A DNA stretch of 27,952 nt from a virus. Lineage: Duplodnaviria; Caudoviricetes. The stretch's first letter is position 1, and each line of letters starts with the position of its first letter. Of the stretch, positions 1 through 9,781 are shown piece by piece. The position numbers and the translations under genes are program-made. Under the pieces are notes generated by a model that saw only the letters and a list, made by a program, of their open reading frames with translations, was not told where the DNA came from and made no database searches. The stretch spans positions 1 through 27,952 of IMG/VR virus record IMGVR_UViG_3300005573_000243; one strand, given 5' to 3'.

Positions 1-4
1 GTAG

Positions 5-238
5 TCACTTCAAACACTCCTCCACTTTCTTTTCAGAATTAATTTTACAATCTCCACTCTTCTTTCCAATATGATAGTTTACCCAATCGTTGACTTCTGT
101 GAGCAAGAATTCATTTTTTGGCATTGCTTTCCAAGTATCAACTGGAGGAGTGTTTGAAGTGACTACCCGCCAGTTAGACCGAAAGCCAGCGCAACCAATT
201 AAAGTTAAAAATATTAGTGAAATTAATAGTTTTTTCAT
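5..238 (-). CDS. Small lipoprotein (spanin-like or exclusion-type; function uncertain)
   Basis: N-terminus MKKLLISLIFLTLIGC is a basic start, hydrophobic core and lipobox Cys. AGGAG SD upstream. Confidence 0.7.
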   Translation of the reverse strand: MKKLLISLIFLTLIGCAGFRSNWRVVTSNTPPVDTWKAMPKNEFLLTEVNDWVNYHIGKKSGDCKINSEKKVEECLK

Positions 239-250
239 ATCTTATTCTCC

Positions 251-943
251 TTAAACTCCGTATTTTGCTCTTGTGAGCTCATAAATGTTTCTGATTTCAA
301 CTGGCGATAATGCCCGGTTATAAATGTAGGCTTCACCGATGAAACCGTAATATGGTAGGGTAGTGGTTAGCCTTACACCAATATCGCAAGGGTTTGTTGG
401 AGTTGGGTAAAGACCTCCATCTGCTTGGTTACCGTCATCATTACTATTCATCCACACCAATTGGCAGTTTTCTCCATTAACAAAAAGCCTATGATGCGGA
501 GTATTATAATAATCATATGTAAAAACACCAAAATACCATTTATTTAGGTCAAGCTGAAAATTTGTTCCTGCCCTCACATCTCCAGTCGAGTTGTTAGTTT
601 GAAACATAAAACAATTAGAGGGGTCTAAGTGAATTTCATAATGAGAATATTTAGATATAATCGCTCCATATGCGTAGCTAAATTTGTAAAACCAAGCCAT
701 AAGCGTTATCCCTTTAATGATATTATTAAGAACGCTTCCTGTCCCACAACACACATAATCATTCACGCCATCAAAACTCCATCCACATATTCCGGGAATA
801 GCGCCATAGATTGCCCCGTGATTATTATATCCGCTCATATCCCAGATTTTCTGTTGTTCTCCACCATATTTATAAAAAGGTAGGTAAAGAACGCAGGAAG
901 GGTCTAAATCAATTCTATCTCTAAAAACTGACGGTTTCATCAA
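251..943 (-). CDS. LamG/concanavalin A-like domain virion protein
   Basis: Typical phage LamG motifs: DMSGYNNHG, FDGVNDYV, ITLMAWF, WYFGVFTYD, LFVNG, GFIGEAYIYNRALSPVEI. Confidence 0.85.
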   Translation of the reverse strand: MMKPSVFRDRIDLDPSCVLYLPFYKYGGEQQKIWDMSGYNNHGAIYGAIPGICGWSFDGVNDYVCCGTGSVLNNIIKGITLMAWFYKFSYAYGAIISKYSHYEIHLDPSNCFMFQTNNSTGDVRAGTNFQLDLNKWYFGVFTYDYYNTPHHRLFVNGENCQLVWMNSNDDGNQADGGLYPTPTNPCDIGVRLTTTLPYYGFIGEAYIYNRALSPVEIRNIYELTRAKYGV

Positions 944-1251
944 TAATACTCCGGGTTAATATTTATAGTTATGGCAGTGCCAGTATTTCCACTGGCAGTC
1001 ATTCCAAAACTATAATCAGGTTTTACAACTCTTTCCACAAGTAATAAGTGAGCAGTATTTTTTGCCAAATTGCTTATACTGTATCTTGTTTTTCCTAATT
1101 CATCTTGTATATCAAAAGTGAAAGTAACAACATTTACAGTATCAGGAATTATAATCTGAATTTCTTTTGTAATCTTTCTCATAAATCCTTTAGGAATAGT
1201 AACACTAACTCTTGATGTTCCTGAAGCAGGATAATTTATACTAAGTCCCAT
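940..1251 (-). CDS. Small beta-rich protein, possibly virion decoration
   Basis: 103 aa with alternating-hydrophobic beta-strand pattern; tightly coupled to neighbouring genes. Confidence 0.55.
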   Translation of the reverse strand: MGLSINYPASGTSRVSVTIPKGFMRKITKEIQIIIPDTVNVVTFTFDIQDELGKTRYSISNLAKNTAHLLLVERVVKPDYSFGMTASGNTGTAITININPEYY

Positions 1252-1254
1252 TTT

Positions 1255-1626
1255 TTATTCCTCCTTTAAATAAATATAAACTATTACCTTTGCTCCATTG
1301 ACACTATTGCCACTTATGTTCAAGGTTAGCTTTCCAGCAAACTGATACATACCATATAAGTCTTGATAAGGAAAGTAAGGCACTGTATTCCTTATTTCTG
1401 AAGCCCCTAAGTTTACAAGCGCTCCCCCCATAACATCTATTCCTAAGCCATCGGTTATGGTTATGCTATAGTTAGCAGTAGGATTAGGAGTGCCGGGAAC
1501 TACTACTACCCTTGTTACATAAGCCTTTTGGAAAGAATTTGATTGTATTGGGTCAAAAGACCCATCGCTTTTTGCCGTTGCATCAAAGGTTAATACTTTT
1601 GTTTCATAAGAATATGTTACACCCAT
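1255..1626 (-). CDS. Small beta-sandwich phage structural protein (putative)
   Basis: 123 aa, beta-rich, with PTANYSITITDGLGIDVMGG. SD lies at the end of the upstream gene. Confidence 0.55.
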   Translation of the reverse strand: MGVTYSYETKVLTFDATAKSDGSFDPIQSNSFQKAYVTRVVVVPGTPNPTANYSITITDGLGIDVMGGALVNLGASEIRNTVPYFPYQDLYGMYQFAGKLTLNISGNSVNGAKVIVYIYLKEE

Positions 1627-1630
1627 TTTT

Positions 1631-3025
1631 TTATCCCTCCAAAGTTGTTAAAATTAATTCTTTTGAAGTAACCATCATCATTGTATAAGTTGACTTTCCT
1701 TGTTCATCATAAAAATAATTAGGATAATTAAGAACAAGTAAGCAAACTTCCGGGTTTAGATATTTCATTGAAGTTATCACTCCGCAATAAAGCTTTGGAT
1801 TATACCACCTTTCAGTTAGCTTTCCTCGCCACATCATCCATTGCCTCGTATAGGCATCTCTTAAAGCATTTCCAAAGTTACCTTTCATCCAAATTGTAGA
1901 TAAGTATTTAAAAAAAGTCAACTTATTCAAGGTAGCACTGCTAATTACTGGAAATTTAAAAGTTTCCAATAGTTTATTTCTTCCACCGAACCTATCAGTT
2001 ATATCTGCCCGAATACAATCAATTAAGGTTTTTACTTCTTTATAAGAAACTACATCTTTACTATTAGCTATCTTTTCCATTGCAGTTTTGGCAACATACA
2101 ACTCAAAAGGAAACTTATACCTCTGGTCATAGCCTTTGAAAGGAATATCCTTGCTAAATAGAACTGTTTCAATAGACCTTACCCATATCGGATTTTCATA
2201 AACTATGCACCCAAACTCATAACTTTTGCTCATAAAATAATATAATGCCTTCCAAAAACTACCAAGAATAGAAATTTTGCCAAAATTGCCATTCATTTTT
2301 ACTTCATAAGGAATATTGAGATTTTTCTTAATTTTCAAGAAGTCACCATACATTCCTTGTGGTATCTGTAAGGCAGAATTTAGGTTAATTTCACTATCAA
2401 AATTTACTCCATTTCCCGTAGCCCAGGTAGCAGAATACCGATAAGGGTCACCAACATAATATACCTTTTCTGGCTGAATACACTTTTCTATTGCTTCATC
2501 TAATAAGCGGTAACTATCTTCATAACTATAAACAAATAAGTTTTTGATTTTACTTAATTTTATTCCTCTATCAATACATTCCTTAATAATATCCATTCCA
2601 GTAACAATACCTAACTTCTCAAATTGTTCCTTGAAAGTCTTGTATTCTTCTTTATCAAAGGGGGTAATATTTCCTTTTCCGTTAGCGGCAGCTTTCTCAG
2701 ATAGAATTGCTCGAACATATCGCCATATTATCGCATCTCTTTCAAAGCCTTTCTTACCAGGAAAAATTTCTGGTTGGTTTTTGACAATATTACAAATGTG
2801 ACTGGTAGTAAACCTTCGCCTATGAATTATCTTTCCGAAAAAGCCATCAGGAATATTTACTGGAACTTTGTCGCTAATTCCATATTTAGCCAAAGTCGCT
2901 ATCATTGATTGTAATGCCACACCATTGAAGACAAAAACTGCCGAATTATCAGGATTAGCTCTACATTGTTCAGCTATCCAAGAATAAGCTATATTAGAAC
3001 TATCGATTACTTTGATTCTTTTCAT
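1631..3025 (-). CDS. Degenerate UvrD/PcrA-like SF1 helicase-fold protein, probably inactive
   Basis: Ordered remnants of SF1A motifs (VFVFNGVA, TTSHIC, LFVYSYED, YYVGDPYR, CIVYEN, ITSMKYLNPEV, TMMMVTSKELIL) but no Walker A. Start moved to ATG 3025 (GGAG, 7 nt, ATG); the ORF track starts at 3040. Confidence 0.6.
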   Translation of the reverse strand: MKRIKVIDSSNIAYSWIAEQCRANPDNSAVFVFNGVALQSMIATLAKYGISDKVPVNIPDGFFGKIIHRRRFTTSHICNIVKNQPEIFPGKKGFERDAIIWRYVRAILSEKAAANGKGNITPFDKEEYKTFKEQFEKLGIVTGMDIIKECIDRGIKLSKIKNLFVYSYEDSYRLLDEAIEKCIQPEKVYYVGDPYRYSATWATGNGVNFDSEINLNSALQIPQGMYGDFLKIKKNLNIPYEVKMNGNFGKISILGSFWKALYYFMSKSYEFGCIVYENPIWVRSIETVLFSKDIPFKGYDQRYKFPFELYVAKTAMEKIANSKDVVSYKEVKTLIDCIRADITDRFGGRNKLLETFKFPVISSATLNKLTFFKYLSTIWMKGNFGNALRDAYTRQWMMWRGKLTERWYNPKLYCGVITSMKYLNPEVCLLVLNYPNYFYDEQGKSTYTMMMVTSKELILTTLEG

Positions 3026-3317
3026 AGCCATTCTCCACAAGTGGATTATAAGGCTCTAACCTTATACCGCACTTTTTTTCAAGGATATGGTTTATCATTT
3101 TTAAGTCTTGTGAATTTATAAAGGTTTCAACTGGAAAATCATATCCATATTGTTCACAAAGCATACTTAAATAGACTGCCTTTTTTATTCCAAAACCTTT
3201 CTTCTTACCAAGTATTTCAAGTAAATTCAGAGAGTCAATACCAGTAATATAGCTTAATTCGTGCAATCTAATTTTTTTACCCTGCTGGTCTTTCAATAAA
3301 GGGTTTAAGTTGCTCAT
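3000..3317 (-). CDS. Putative helix-turn-helix DNA-binding protein
   Basis: IRLHELSYITGIDSLNLLEILG resembles an HTH; overlaps the terL 3' end. Confidence 0.45.
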   Translation of the reverse strand: MSNLNPLLKDQQGKKIRLHELSYITGIDSLNLLEILGKKKGFGIKKAVYLSMLCEQYGYDFPVETFINSQDLKMINHILEKKCGIRLEPYNPLVENGYEKNQSNR

Positions 3318-5073
3318 ACATTCCTAATGCTTTTAAAAGTTGAAAGTTTTTTTCTACATTAACTGGTCTATCTGATTGTTTAGGTAGCCTATGATAAGCA
3401 TACCTTCGCCAGCTTTCCACTGCAATTGCCGCCGCAATAATTCTATCATCGTGTCTTCCTTCTTCTGCCCCTAAATGGCTTCCACTGCGGATAAAAAAGC
3501 TCATCTCTTCTACTAAGTCTTTGCTTTTAACTTCTAATAAGCCCATCTCAAACAAGCTTTTAAACTGACCTAAAAGCGCCTCTTTTGTGTCTGCAGTAGT
3601 TTGCCAGTGCCGAACATAGTTTCTTCTCAGGCTATCACTTCGATAATAAAGATATTCCTTTATGTATCTCAAATTGCTTTTGATATTTTCAACATTAATA
3701 TCCTGCTTATCAAAATTCCAGATTATTTCGCCTATATCATAAGAATTGGTCTTAAGGTTATCTATTTCCTTTAATACCATTCTTCCCGGTCCTTGAACTT
3801 CTATGTTTAGATAAGCATTCTTATAGAAACAAGCAAAGAAAATGCATAATTTAGCATATTCTATAACTCCTACTGCGTTATCTGCATATTCAGCAACCTG
3901 AATTATTTTATCGTTATAGCCTTTCCAAATAGAAATTACTGCGTTATCACTTTCTGAACTCGAACCATAAGAAGGATCAGCGCCGATAAAATAGTTTTCG
4001 TTCTCCTGCGGTAATTCAAAAATCTTTAAGGTGTGGTCTAAACTTCCCGCCTTCTCAACATATACTCCTTTAGCATTTGCAGTAATGTGAAAATAATAAG
4101 CTTTATGCTTTTGTCTCATAAGGTCAGTAAGTTTTTCTGAACTGAAATACCGATAACCAGAAAGTCTAAAAGCCTCCTCGTCATACCAAGGTAACTCTTG
4201 AAGTGCATAATTCATATCATCAGTAAAAGTAGTAGCAACTTCTTTTCTGAACCAAGCAAGTTGTTCAATATCAATATCGATATTATACAATTCCTTAACT
4301 AAGTTTATCCTGTTCTTTTCTTCTCTTGTAGGGGGATAGCCATACTCCCGGAATAAAGGATTAGTCTTTTTAATTCTGTAATCATCTCGCATATACCAGC
4401 CAACAAATATCGCCTTTTGTGACGGATTTTGTTTCGCCGCCTCCCATCTATCATAAAAACTGGTAAAGCCGTTAGCAGTGCTTTCAAGAATAGAATATCT
4501 TGCCGGGTTAGTTTTACTCAAAGAAATCATTAAGGATTTTAAAACTTCATCTGACGGGTCATTGGCAGAATAAAAAGCCGCCTCAGTTGCGTGGAGACAG
4601 GTAAGCGCCTGAGACCTTGCTACTGTCTGCTTAGATGCTTCTCTACTTGAGACGTGCATAAATTGAATTTCACTTCCATTAACAAAGTGCATCATCTCCC
4701 GGTTATCAATCAAGCAAGATACTTTCATTGGTCTTGGAAGGCTAAGATACATACTTCGTAGAATTTCTCTTAGCTTTGGTCTTGCCTCGTAACTATGGCA
4801 AAGGAAACCTAATTTTATTCCTTTGAAACACATAGTCCAGAATAAATCAAAAGCGTGAAGAACCGTAGTAATTCCTAATTGTCTTCCTTTTAAAATAACA
4901 AATTCTCTAATCTCAGAATTCTTTTCTATTTCAGACAAAATCTGATTAAGGACAAACTTCTGGCTTCTAAACCAAGTGTCTGGACTGAAAGAAGTTAATC
5001 CTTTTTCTCTTGAGATAATTTTTAGGTTTTTACTCCACTCAAAAAAATTAGATGAAATTGATGATATTGCCAT
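3277..5073 (-). CDS. terL: Terminase large subunit
   Basis: Walker A-like ILKGRQLGITT, Walker B LHATEAAFY, coupling motif ESTANG, nuclease motifs IGADPSYG and HDDRIIAAAIA. Confidence 0.95.
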   Translation of the reverse strand: MAISSISSNFFEWSKNLKIISREKGLTSFSPDTWFRSQKFVLNQILSEIEKNSEIREFVILKGRQLGITTVLHAFDLFWTMCFKGIKLGFLCHSYEARPKLREILRSMYLSLPRPMKVSCLIDNREMMHFVNGSEIQFMHVSSREASKQTVARSQALTCLHATEAAFYSANDPSDEVLKSLMISLSKTNPARYSILESTANGFTSFYDRWEAAKQNPSQKAIFVGWYMRDDYRIKKTNPLFREYGYPPTREEKNRINLVKELYNIDIDIEQLAWFRKEVATTFTDDMNYALQELPWYDEEAFRLSGYRYFSSEKLTDLMRQKHKAYYFHITANAKGVYVEKAGSLDHTLKIFELPQENENYFIGADPSYGSSSESDNAVISIWKGYNDKIIQVAEYADNAVGVIEYAKLCIFFACFYKNAYLNIEVQGPGRMVLKEIDNLKTNSYDIGEIIWNFDKQDINVENIKSNLRYIKEYLYYRSDSLRRNYVRHWQTTADTKEALLGQFKSLFEMGLLEVKSKDLVEEMSFFIRSGSHLGAEEGRHDDRIIAAAIAVESWRRYAYHRLPKQSDRPVNVEKNFQLLKALGMYEQLKPFIERPAG

Positions 5074-5482
5074 TCCTCTTTACTTCCTTCTTTTCTTTTT
5101 TGAAAAGAATTTCCGATACTTGCCTTATTACTTTCACATTGTCATAAACATTAACCAAAGCATATAAAACCAAAAACCTTGCATCTGATACCGTGTTTAG
5201 ATGATGAATTACATATTCGTGTTTATACTGGTCAATAGGAACAGTTTTAGGAATTCGTAGCTTATCAAGCAGAAAATCAAAAACCTTAACCACTGGTGCT
5301 TCTAAACATAGCAAGGAGAAAAAGAACTTCTTAATTTCATCTTTTTCTAACTTATGCAATTTCAGATATTTAAACCTTTCCCAGGCTTCTTGCGTCATAA
5401 CATCAGAGACGCCGTAAATCTGAGCTATGCTATAAGCATAAGCAGGAGCTTGCTTAGGAAAGTTTTCGTATCCGAATACCAT
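5048..5482 (-). CDS. Hypothetical protein
   Basis: 144-aa ORF with GGAGG SD, in operon; no recognisable motif. Confidence 0.6.
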   Translation of the reverse strand: MVFGYENFPKQAPAYAYSIAQIYGVSDVMTQEAWERFKYLKLHKLEKDEIKKFFFSLLCLEAPVVKVFDFLLDKLRIPKTVPIDQYKHEYVIHHLNTVSDARFLVLYALVNVYDNVKVIRQVSEILFKKEKKEVKRNGNIINFI

Positions 5483-5483
5483 C

Positions 5484-5711
5484 TTACCTCCTCTTCAAAA
5501 ATAAGATTTGTCCAGCTACACTAATAGCAAAGAAAACCAAAGAAAAAACAAGGCTTTCTTGAGAAAAAAACAAAGTTATAACAAAGATAATAGCATTTGC
5601 ACTTAGCGTGATAATCCAGGCAAGTAATCCACTAACCAACAAAAAACCTAAAAATCCTTTTTCCTTTTTCGCTTCAAGATTAACTTCTTCTGCTTCATTC
5701 TTCTTTTTCAT
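5484..5711 (-). CDS. Small membrane protein (holin-like topology possible)
   Basis: Charged N-terminus, 2-3 hydrophobic segments, basic C-terminus (KRR). Start placed at MKKK (GGAGG, 9 nt, ATG 5711). Confidence 0.6.
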   Translation of the reverse strand: MKKKNEAEEVNLEAKKEKGFLGFLLVSGLLAWIITLSANAIIFVITLFFSQESLVFSLVFFAISVAGQILFLKRR

Positions 5712-5985
5712 ATAATTCTTCCTCCAATTTGTTTGCATTTGCTAAATCTTCTATATCGAGATTTAGCAAGTCGCTTGTTTCATTACTTTTTATCTTATCA
5801 TTTACCTTAACCAAATCCTTAATTTCTTTTATAGCCAAAAGTGGTGCTTTTAAACCTTCAAAGTCAACAGCATCACCTCTTCTCCTTGCCTCATATATTT
5901 CATCAAGAACATCCAAGGCAAGGCTATTAAGTTTGGTAAGCATCTCTTTGAAGGTATCTTTACTCTGTAACTTCTTCTCCCGCAT
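5695..5985 (-). CDS. Putative terminase small subunit
   Basis: 96-aa charged helical protein shortly upstream of terL; call based on synteny and size only. Confidence 0.4.
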   Translation of the reverse strand: MREKKLQSKDTFKEMLTKLNSLALDVLDEIYEARRRGDAVDFEGLKAPLLAIKEIKDLVKVNDKIKSNETSDLLNLDIEDLANANKLEEELYEKEE

Positions 5986-8900
5986 ACTCCCTCCGATATT
6001 CTCTTTCCTTTTCTCCTATCTTGAGCCTTAAGGCTTTATCCAAATATTTAGGAAATAAAGGATAATAACTTAAGGCAGTGCCTTGGAAATCCTCAATAAC
6101 TTTTCGTGCTAAGTCATAATAACCAATCTTACCATTCTCAAAGTCTTTTATATCGCTCATTCTATTTTTATCAATTTCCTTTACTATAGCAGACATCATC
6201 GCCGCCTCAAACCATCGTTTAGGATCATCTGATTTTAGTGGCATCTTTGTTGGAACAGCTCTAACCTTTTCAGTTACCGCATTTATGGTATTCCAGTAAT
6301 TATTTAAAATCCGTGTCGCTTCTTCTCTATCTACTTTTCTTCTCAATTGAAGTTGCATATCTTCGGAAAGAGAAGATATAGCCCTGAATTTCATACCAGT
6401 GGAATAAAGCGCCATCAATAATGACCCCGGAACTTTTTCCCCTGCCTCATTAAAGGTTACATTCCTATTAAGGATAGTGTTTCCTATCGATAAAAAGATT
6501 GGCAATGGACTTGCATATAACATCCCGGTAACATCACCCCTTCGAAAGCTATTGTAAGTATCAATAGTGCTACCTGCCATAGGAGAGGTTTTGCCTGCAA
6601 AATATTTAGCCCACTTTCCAGTAGCATCTTTCGCCGCCTCCTTTACTGATTTGTTAGTAGTAAAATATTCATAAAGGAAATCATAAAAAGGCAAAACTCC
6701 TACCAATTCCATTCCTTCAATTTCAAAACCTAATAAGTTAATTTGTGTTCTCTTATATCTCCCGGTTTTTGGGTCTATTGAGACAAGTGGTATATTAAAT
6801 AAGTCCCTCCAATCTTTGGTCTCTTGAAAGTTTTCATAAGTTGTTTTCCCGGTAAGGTGATAACTTACCTCATTTGCAATCAAATAATGAAGTAAGAATA
6901 TTCTTCTAAAAAAGTCAGCAAAGAAAGGATGCCCTTCTATACTCCCAGTTAAGTGCCTTGTAAGAGTTAAATACCAGTCAGGAGCAAAAAGAAGTAATCT
7001 TATAAATTCTCTTGCTTGTGGCTTCATAAAAAGCCATTCATAATTACCGCCGAATACAGCACCTAATTTATTAAGAAAGTTTTCTGCTACTTCTTTTGTA
7101 ATTTTACCTTCTTCAAGCTCTCTTAAAATGTTCCGTGCTGAGGCACATTTTACTGTATAAAATAGCCTGTCCCATAACAGTTTATCAAAACCCGCCGCAA
7201 GCTTTAAAAAGCCAACCTTATCTACATAATAAGCAATTTTGCCTGCCAAAGTCTTCTCACCTATAAACCTTTGGATTTGTTCCCGAATATCATCATAACT
7301 GGATAAATAGAAAGTGGTCTTGATGTTATACTTTCTAATCAAATCATTAACATCTTTCTCCATAGGAACAATATGGTCTTTAAACCACTCATCACCTTTC
7401 AAGACGCTTTCCCAGGCAGTTTTAAGCTCTTTTCCTCTGCCTATTCCGTAAGCCGCAGTGGTAAGTGATTTGAAGTGGATTAAGCCAAAAAGAACCTGCA
7501 CTCTTTTAAGAAGTGTATTTACCTTTGAAAGCCCTCCCCATAAGCCTTTATCTGAAATATCGAATATGTTAACTCGCCCACTAAGCAATGGTCTAAAGGA
7601 ATGTGCAAGAAATTCATAGAAATCTTTATGAAGGTAATAGCCTCCAAGCTCTTCGGGAATTGTCCTAAATAAATTGCTATGCCCACTTATAAAGCTTTCC
7701 GCCTCTCTTAAAGGCATATTATTAAGACGAGCAGTAGTGGCAATTAAGTCTTCTCTTGATTTAGCAACATAAGGAAGATGCCAGATAGGATTAGGCTTAT
7801 ATCTCAAGTCAATATGTTCTATCGTTCTATTTTTTGTATAAAACTCATCAAGTATATTTTTCATCTCCCTTAAAGCCTGTGGCATAATGTAAGTATGAGC
7901 AACATTATCAGAAAAAGTCCTGCCCCTTGCGTAAATTGGCATTAATCCTTTTTTAAGCTCATCTGTATACTTAGTAAGAAGAAAAGGATACCTTCTTGTT
8001 TTTAAGTGCCGTAATGTTTCTATATCTTCTTGATGAAAACCTTGACTTGCAAGCATATTCCAGATACCTTCAAGCTGAGCCTCGCTTGAGACAGAAGTTG
8101 GTTCTTCTATTCCTCTACTTATCTTTGCTGGAAGTCCCGTTCGAATATAATACATCTGATGTCTCAATTCTAAGATTGGTCTTGCGTCATATGGTATAAT
8201 TTTTGCTAATAAGCCTCTTATTTCATCAGCTTTTTTCAAAGTTAAATCTTTTATCTGCTGTTTCAATAATCCTTGTTTTACAAGGCTTATCTTAGAAATA
8301 TCTTTGGATATTCTTATTAACTCATCTCCTATTGCTTCAACTTCTTTGCCAAAGGTTTTCTTATAGTGGTAATTAATGAAGGAAATAGCTTCTTTTAATC
8401 CTCTCTTAACCTCTGACAATTCCTCTTCGGTTTTAACTTTTGGTATTTTCTGGCTAATATCTTTGAGTATATCAACAACTGGAGTAAGGACTTCGTTTTC
8501 TGGTAGCTTAACTAAAACATTTTCTATATCGTAAGCAACCTTTAGAATATCGTCCTTTACCTTTACAGTTTCCTTTAGTTCAGATATTCTTACTCTTTTT
8601 AACTGGTTAACCGTAGTTTTTAAGCCGTTAATAATTTTGTTAATATCTTCTCTATTAGCTAATAACTTTTCTTCTCTTAATCCTGCTAATTCTCCAATCA
8701 ATTGTTCTGTGTCTTTAAGTTCCTTTTTCCAAACATCAGAAGTTACAAATTCCCCTCTCATTAAGCCTGAGGTTAAATTATTGAGTGTCTCAATTTTATT
8801 TGCTATCCGTTGCCTTAATTCGCTTGTTTCTTTATCCAAAGCCTCATAAAATTCTGGTGATAACTTATCAGCAATAATCTTATAGTAATCTTCGGTAGTA

Positions 8901-9781
8901 TCTTTATAGAAAGAATGAAGTTTAGATAAAACCGGATATTTATTTAGGATAGCTTTTGCTTCTGGTTCTATTTTAGGATGCTTAGCTAACTCAAAAACCA
9001 TCTGAAATCCTGCGCTTTCAGGCTCTATTGGCATTGTTCTAACATCTTCCAAAGCCATTAATGCTTCATAAGGCTTATCTACAATAAAAGGATTTGCTTT
9101 AATCTGTTCTTCTGCTATATCAATTAACTCTAAAAAATCCTTCGGGTTTTTTGAAAGTTCTTTTAGTTCTATATCTGCCTGTCTTCTGACATGGTTAGCC
9201 CGTCCCAGTAAAGGAACTATCCTTTCTTGAACAAATTTAACATCTTCAAGTGGTAATTGCCCGCCATAAAACATTCTGCTAACAAATTGAGTAGCTTTAT
9301 CAGCAACTTTCTTCTTCGCAGTTTCCATTCCTGGAATTGCCAACATTCCTTTCCCGACAACCCTAACAACTGGTGATATTGCTAATCCAACTGCTTGCGC
9401 TTCTATCGCTCCTTTTATTGCTTCTTCTGGTTTTTCTTTGCGCTGGATTATACTGCTTACAGCTAATCCTGCTGTTTCGCCTGTAATTCTTGCTATTCGC
9501 ATAGCTCTTGCCAAAGCTACAGCATTTTCTGCCAGTCTTGCTCCTAACAGTGGCTCAGCCCATTCCTGTCCTAATACCGCCCCTCCAGCCATAAACAAAA
9601 CATCAATTCCCATTTCAGCAAGCAAGCGAGGAATGGAAATTTTCTTTTTAGGAGGTTCAATGGATGGTATAGATGAAGGAACAGTAGGAGTTACAGAAGT
9701 AGATGGTTCTTCAACTGAAGGAAAAGATAATGGTGATATTTTAACAACTTTTGGTGGTGTTAACTTAATCTCACTTGCCAT
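5960..9781 (-). CDS. Large internal virion/DNA ejection protein
   Basis: 1273 aa, mostly helical with a coiled-coil middle and Pro-rich N-terminus; last and largest gene of the post-tail cluster, as in podoviruses. Confidence 0.65.
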   Translation of the reverse strand: MASEIKLTPPKVVKISPLSFPSVEEPSTSVTPTVPSSIPSIEPPKKKISIPRLLAEMGIDVLFMAGGAVLGQEWAEPLLGARLAENAVALARAMRIARITGETAGLAVSSIIQRKEKPEEAIKGAIEAQAVGLAISPVVRVVGKGMLAIPGMETAKKKVADKATQFVSRMFYGGQLPLEDVKFVQERIVPLLGRANHVRRQADIELKELSKNPKDFLELIDIAEEQIKANPFIVDKPYEALMALEDVRTMPIEPESAGFQMVFELAKHPKIEPEAKAILNKYPVLSKLHSFYKDTTEDYYKIIADKLSPEFYEALDKETSELRQRIANKIETLNNLTSGLMRGEFVTSDVWKKELKDTEQLIGELAGLREEKLLANREDINKIINGLKTTVNQLKRVRISELKETVKVKDDILKVAYDIENVLVKLPENEVLTPVVDILKDISQKIPKVKTEEELSEVKRGLKEAISFINYHYKKTFGKEVEAIGDELIRISKDISKISLVKQGLLKQQIKDLTLKKADEIRGLLAKIIPYDARPILELRHQMYYIRTGLPAKISRGIEEPTSVSSEAQLEGIWNMLASQGFHQEDIETLRHLKTRRYPFLLTKYTDELKKGLMPIYARGRTFSDNVAHTYIMPQALREMKNILDEFYTKNRTIEHIDLRYKPNPIWHLPYVAKSREDLIATTARLNNMPLREAESFISGHSNLFRTIPEELGGYYLHKDFYEFLAHSFRPLLSGRVNIFDISDKGLWGGLSKVNTLLKRVQVLFGLIHFKSLTTAAYGIGRGKELKTAWESVLKGDEWFKDHIVPMEKDVNDLIRKYNIKTTFYLSSYDDIREQIQRFIGEKTLAGKIAYYVDKVGFLKLAAGFDKLLWDRLFYTVKCASARNILRELEEGKITKEVAENFLNKLGAVFGGNYEWLFMKPQAREFIRLLLFAPDWYLTLTRHLTGSIEGHPFFADFFRRIFLLHYLIANEVSYHLTGKTTYENFQETKDWRDLFNIPLVSIDPKTGRYKRTQINLLGFEIEGMELVGVLPFYDFLYEYFTTNKSVKEAAKDATGKWAKYFAGKTSPMAGSTIDTYNSFRRGDVTGMLYASPLPIFLSIGNTILNRNVTFNEAGEKVPGSLLMALYSTGMKFRAISSLSEDMQLQLRRKVDREEATRILNNYWNTINAVTEKVRAVPTKMPLKSDDPKRWFEAAMMSAIVKEIDKNRMSDIKDFENGKIGYYDLARKVIEDFQGTALSYYPLFPKYLDKALRLKIGEKEREYRREYAGEEVTE

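Noticed and set aside
251-943. LamG protein as a DGR target
   Set aside because: No second near-identical copy with adenine-specific differences was seen in the window.
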